From an uncultured archaeon (lineage in GTDB: Archaea > Thermoproteota > Nitrososphaeria > Nitrososphaerales > Gagatemarchaeaceae): a stretch of DNA of 64,000 nt. The stretch spans positions 672,001 to 736,000 of the forward strand of contig CAWCYD010000003.1 in the NCBI GenBank assembly GCA_963799775.1. Direction: 5' to 3'. How positions within the stretch are numbered: the stretch's first letter is position 1; every line of letters starts with the position of its first letter. A program made the position numbers and the translations under genes. Under the pieces are notes generated by a model. The model saw only the letters and a program-made list of their open reading frames with translations, was not told the origin of the DNA and did not search any database. Below are positions 61,604 through 64,000 of this stretch, piece by piece.

Positions 61604-62811
61604 ATGAGCCTCGCAGACGACTCTGCTGAGCTCGTCGCGGGCCTTCAGGGGTTCGGGCTCACCGAATACGAGTCGAGGGTCTACTTCGCTTTGCTCTCGA
61701 ACGGTGCCTGCACGGTCAACCAGATACAGTATGCCTCCGGTGTCCCCCGGACCAAGGTCTACCAGGTCTCACAGCAGCTCACGCGCAAGGGGTTGCTCAG
61801 AGAGGTAGAGGGCGGGAAGCCGTCGAAGTTCGAGGCCCAGCCCCCGGAGATACTTCAGTCGATACTGGTCGAGAGGGAGAGGAAGGTCAGGTCGTTGAGA
61901 AAGTCCATGGTGGCGCTCAAGAAGGTCAGGGAGAAGAACGTCAACCCCGGAGACGTCACGGAGGAGAGGTATCTCTCTCTCGGTTCCCAGAGCCTCTTGA
62001 TGAAGCTCAAGGAGTCGATACTAAAGGCGGAGAAGGAGGTGAAGTGCATCGTCGACAACTGGGGGCTGCATCTCATCCAGGAGTGCATCGAGGAGATAGA
62101 GAGCGCGTGCAGGCACGACGCCCAGGTCAGGATAATCTCCTCTCTCGCGGAGACGGTCCCAGAGTTCCCGTTCTCCTCGCCTAGGCTGAAGCTGAGGTTC
62201 GGGAAGCACTTCGTGGCGAAGAGCGTGTTCATCATCGACAACTCGGAGTTGATAATTGTCAACAGCCAGACCGGCAGGGGCTACCAGCTGGTCCTGAGCG
62301 AGCTGAGGAGCGCCATCGGGGACGAGTTCTTCGAAGGCGCGTGGAAGACGTCGACAAGCAGCAGGGCGATCTCCTCTCTCCAGCTCGTCGACGGGATGCC
62401 CGTGTTCGTCGACCCGATCCTGATGAATGACTCTTCATCGAGGCCGTCTCTCGCGTCGTAAAGGACGAGGGCACGATCGAGAGCATAGGCGAGGCCCTGA
62501 TAGCGCTGGTGGAGGCGAGGGTGACCCCCAAGCTCACGCGCCAGCCGATCGACATCGCCGTCAGGTTCATGCTTGCCATGATGAGGGAAGAGCTGGGAGA
62601 GGATGTGACGTCGACGGAGTACGACCCCCTCACCAAGATAGCGAGGATCGAGATGCCAGACAGCCACGGGGCTGTCCCTGGGTCCACATGGTATTTCGCT
62701 CTCACCGGGATGCTGAAGAGATCGGGGACGGGGAACGAGCTACTGCAAGTGGTGGCCTCGCCCGAGACGAGGAGCCGCATCATCCAAAGGCGGTTCGCAG
62801 GGACGCGCTGA
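61604..62811 (+). CDS. TrmB-family transcription regulator with extra C-terminal domain; frameshift near 62430
   Basis: FGLTEYESRVYFALL...SGVPRTKVY...L.RKGL wHTH, effector-type domain (ILKAEKEV...FIIDNSELII), continuing in ORF 62509..62811. Confidence 0.85.
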
Positions 62812-62870
62812 GTGACACCCTCTCCAAAGTCTTAGATAGCTCTCAAGAAGGAAAGGGCGGCCGTTTCGAT

Positions 62871-63584
62871 TTGGCGTCTGGAGCAGAGACCAGGGTGGCC
62901 TTCATCTCCGATGTGCACTCGAACCTGGAGGCCCTGGAGGCTGTGCTCGACGAGGTAGGTAGGCTCAAGGTGTTCTGCGCAGGGGACGTCCTAGGCTATG
63001 GCGCGTCGCCGAACGAGGTCGTGAGCCTCCTCCGCAGCATCCGAGCGACCTGCGTCCGCGGCAACCACGACCAAGCCGTGTTGGATGGGGATGCGGGGGA
63101 GTTCAATCCGACCGCGGCGGTCGCGGCCAAATGGACGACGGACCACCTGGACCGAAAAGGCCGGGAGTTCCTTGAAGGGCTCCCGACCGTCGTGACGACG
63201 GAGATTGGGGGGAAGAGGCTCTTCATGACGCACGGGCCCCCCAACGACCCGATGTGGGAGTATGTCTCCCCTTCCACTCACTCAGACCTCTTCGATTACT
63301 ATCTGGACAAGACAAAGTCTCAGGTGATCGCACTCGGCCACACACACATCGCCTTCCAGTGGCACGGCGACGACGGCGGCGTCGTATTCAACCCCGGGTC
63401 GGTTGGGCAGCCCCGGACGCGAGACCCGAGGGCCTCGTTCGCCATCCTGACGGTGAGAGAAGGCAGCCCTGAGGTCGACGTAGACCTCAGGAAGGTCGAG
63501 TACGACGTGGAGAGGGCGGCGAAGAAGATATTGGAGTCAGGACTTCCTGCTTCGCTTGCGAGCCAGCTTCTTGCGCGGGACTAG
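62871..63584 (+). CDS. Calcineurin-like metallophosphoesterase
   Basis: SDVHSNLEAL, GDVLGYG, GNHD, HG, GHTH, NPGSVGQPR. Confidence 0.92.
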   Translation: MASGAETRVAFISDVHSNLEALEAVLDEVGRLKVFCAGDVLGYGASPNEVVSLLRSIRATCVRGNHDQAVLDGDAGEFNPTAAVAAKWTTDHLDRKGREFLEGLPTVVTTEIGGKRLFMTHGPPNDPMWEYVSPSTHSDLFDYYLDKTKSQVIALGHTHIAFQWHGDDGGVVFNPGSVGQPRTRDPRASFAILTVREGSPEVDVDLRKVEYDVERAAKKILESGLPASLASQLLARD

Positions 63585-64000
63585 GCCGCCTGAGACGTCG
63601 ATGTAGATGGGCCTGCCGTCGAGCTCGTCCTCCTCCCATTCGCCGCCCTCCGATTGCTCTTGGGAGACCTCGATGTCCTTCACCCGCACGAGGAACGCCA
63701 GGTGCTTCTTAAGCGGCGAGAGCATGGAGACCGTCTCCTCGTCGAGTCCGGCGACCCTCGCTTTCGCGAGCACCGCGGCGGGTGAGTACCCCCTCTTCTT
63801 TCTCAGGGCCTGGAGCCTCCTCGCGACGTCCCTCTCGACGCCTTCGGCCATCAGCTTGTCGTCTCTTACCTTCTCGATGGCCACGATCGTCTCTCCCTTG
63901 GAAGCGGCCTCCCAGTCGCCGGTGCCCCTGAAGCTGAACTCCATCGCCGAGACGGGGACGTCCAGCTGCTTCCCCCCGACCTTGAGCTTGATGGGGGCGC
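63537..64000 (-). CDS. ileS: Isoleucyl-tRNA synthetase, C-terminal fragment (runs off the right edge)
   Basis: LMAEGVERDVARRLQALRKKRGY...LAFLVRV matches the archaeal/eukaryal-type IleRS C-terminus. Confidence 0.75.
   Translation of the reverse strand, partial: APIKLKVGGKQLDVPVSAMEFSFRGTGDWEAASKGETIVAIEKVRDDKLMAEGVERDVARRLQALRKKRGYSPAAVLAKARVAGLDEETVSMLSPLKKHLAFLVRVKDIEVSQEQSEGGEWEEDELDGRPIYIDVSGGLVPRKKLARKRSRKS

Noticed and set aside
1260-62811. About two dozen frameshifted genes (tfb, aspS, purB, purF, lysC, folD, sucC and others) suggesting mass pseudogenisation or programmed frameshifting
   Set aside because: They hit essential genes, are single-base indels with intact motifs on both sides and show no common slippery site; best explained as uncorrected long-read errors. 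Read polishing would confirm.
151-63472. Numerous long antisense or alternate-frame ORFs (e.g. 2671..3549, 23918..24922, 58793..59947)
   Set aside because: Shadow ORFs expected from high GC3 codon bias opposite well-supported genes; no recognisable motifs.
1-64000. CRISPR array, integrase, transposase or provirus
   Set aside because: No regularly spaced repeats or recombinase/transposase motifs were seen; the tRNA-Val has no duplicated 3' end (att site) that I could find in the window.

Overview
This is a GC-rich archaeal chromosomal segment, most consistent with a non-ammonia-oxidising Nitrososphaerota (thaumarchaeal) lineage. That placement rests on TFB, rpl40e, SmAP, TrpB2, the Cdv/ESCRT-III genes, a PEF-type sorting signal and a tRNA with a non-canonical BHB intron. 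Content is mostly housekeeping and heterotrophic metabolism: hom-lysC, fixABC(X), mdh, coxF-M-S, lsrF-iolG, acs, a large folate-dependent pur/fol cluster, argF, sucCD, aspS, cdvB/cdvC and the 3' end of ileS. About two dozen genes, including essential ones, carry single-base frameshifts, which points to uncorrected long-read indels rather than real pseudogenes. The best candidate for an undescribed system is at 17.5-20.1 kb. There, a tandem-duplicated Lrp/AsnC-like regulator converges on an unannotated 42-aa secreted-looking peptide gene with its own palindrome-embedded TATA box, next to a CPBP intramembrane protease, an arrangement resembling peptide-signalling modules. Other highlights are a ~200-nt nested-helix ncRNA candidate upstream of tfb and a small HNH island with an upstream structured element and a Zn-finger microprotein. 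Also notable are a CBS-HPF-like putative ribosome hibernation factor and a TrmB regulator divergent from the ESCRT-III/Cdv genes. No database searches or folding programs were run; all family calls come from motif recognition by eye.
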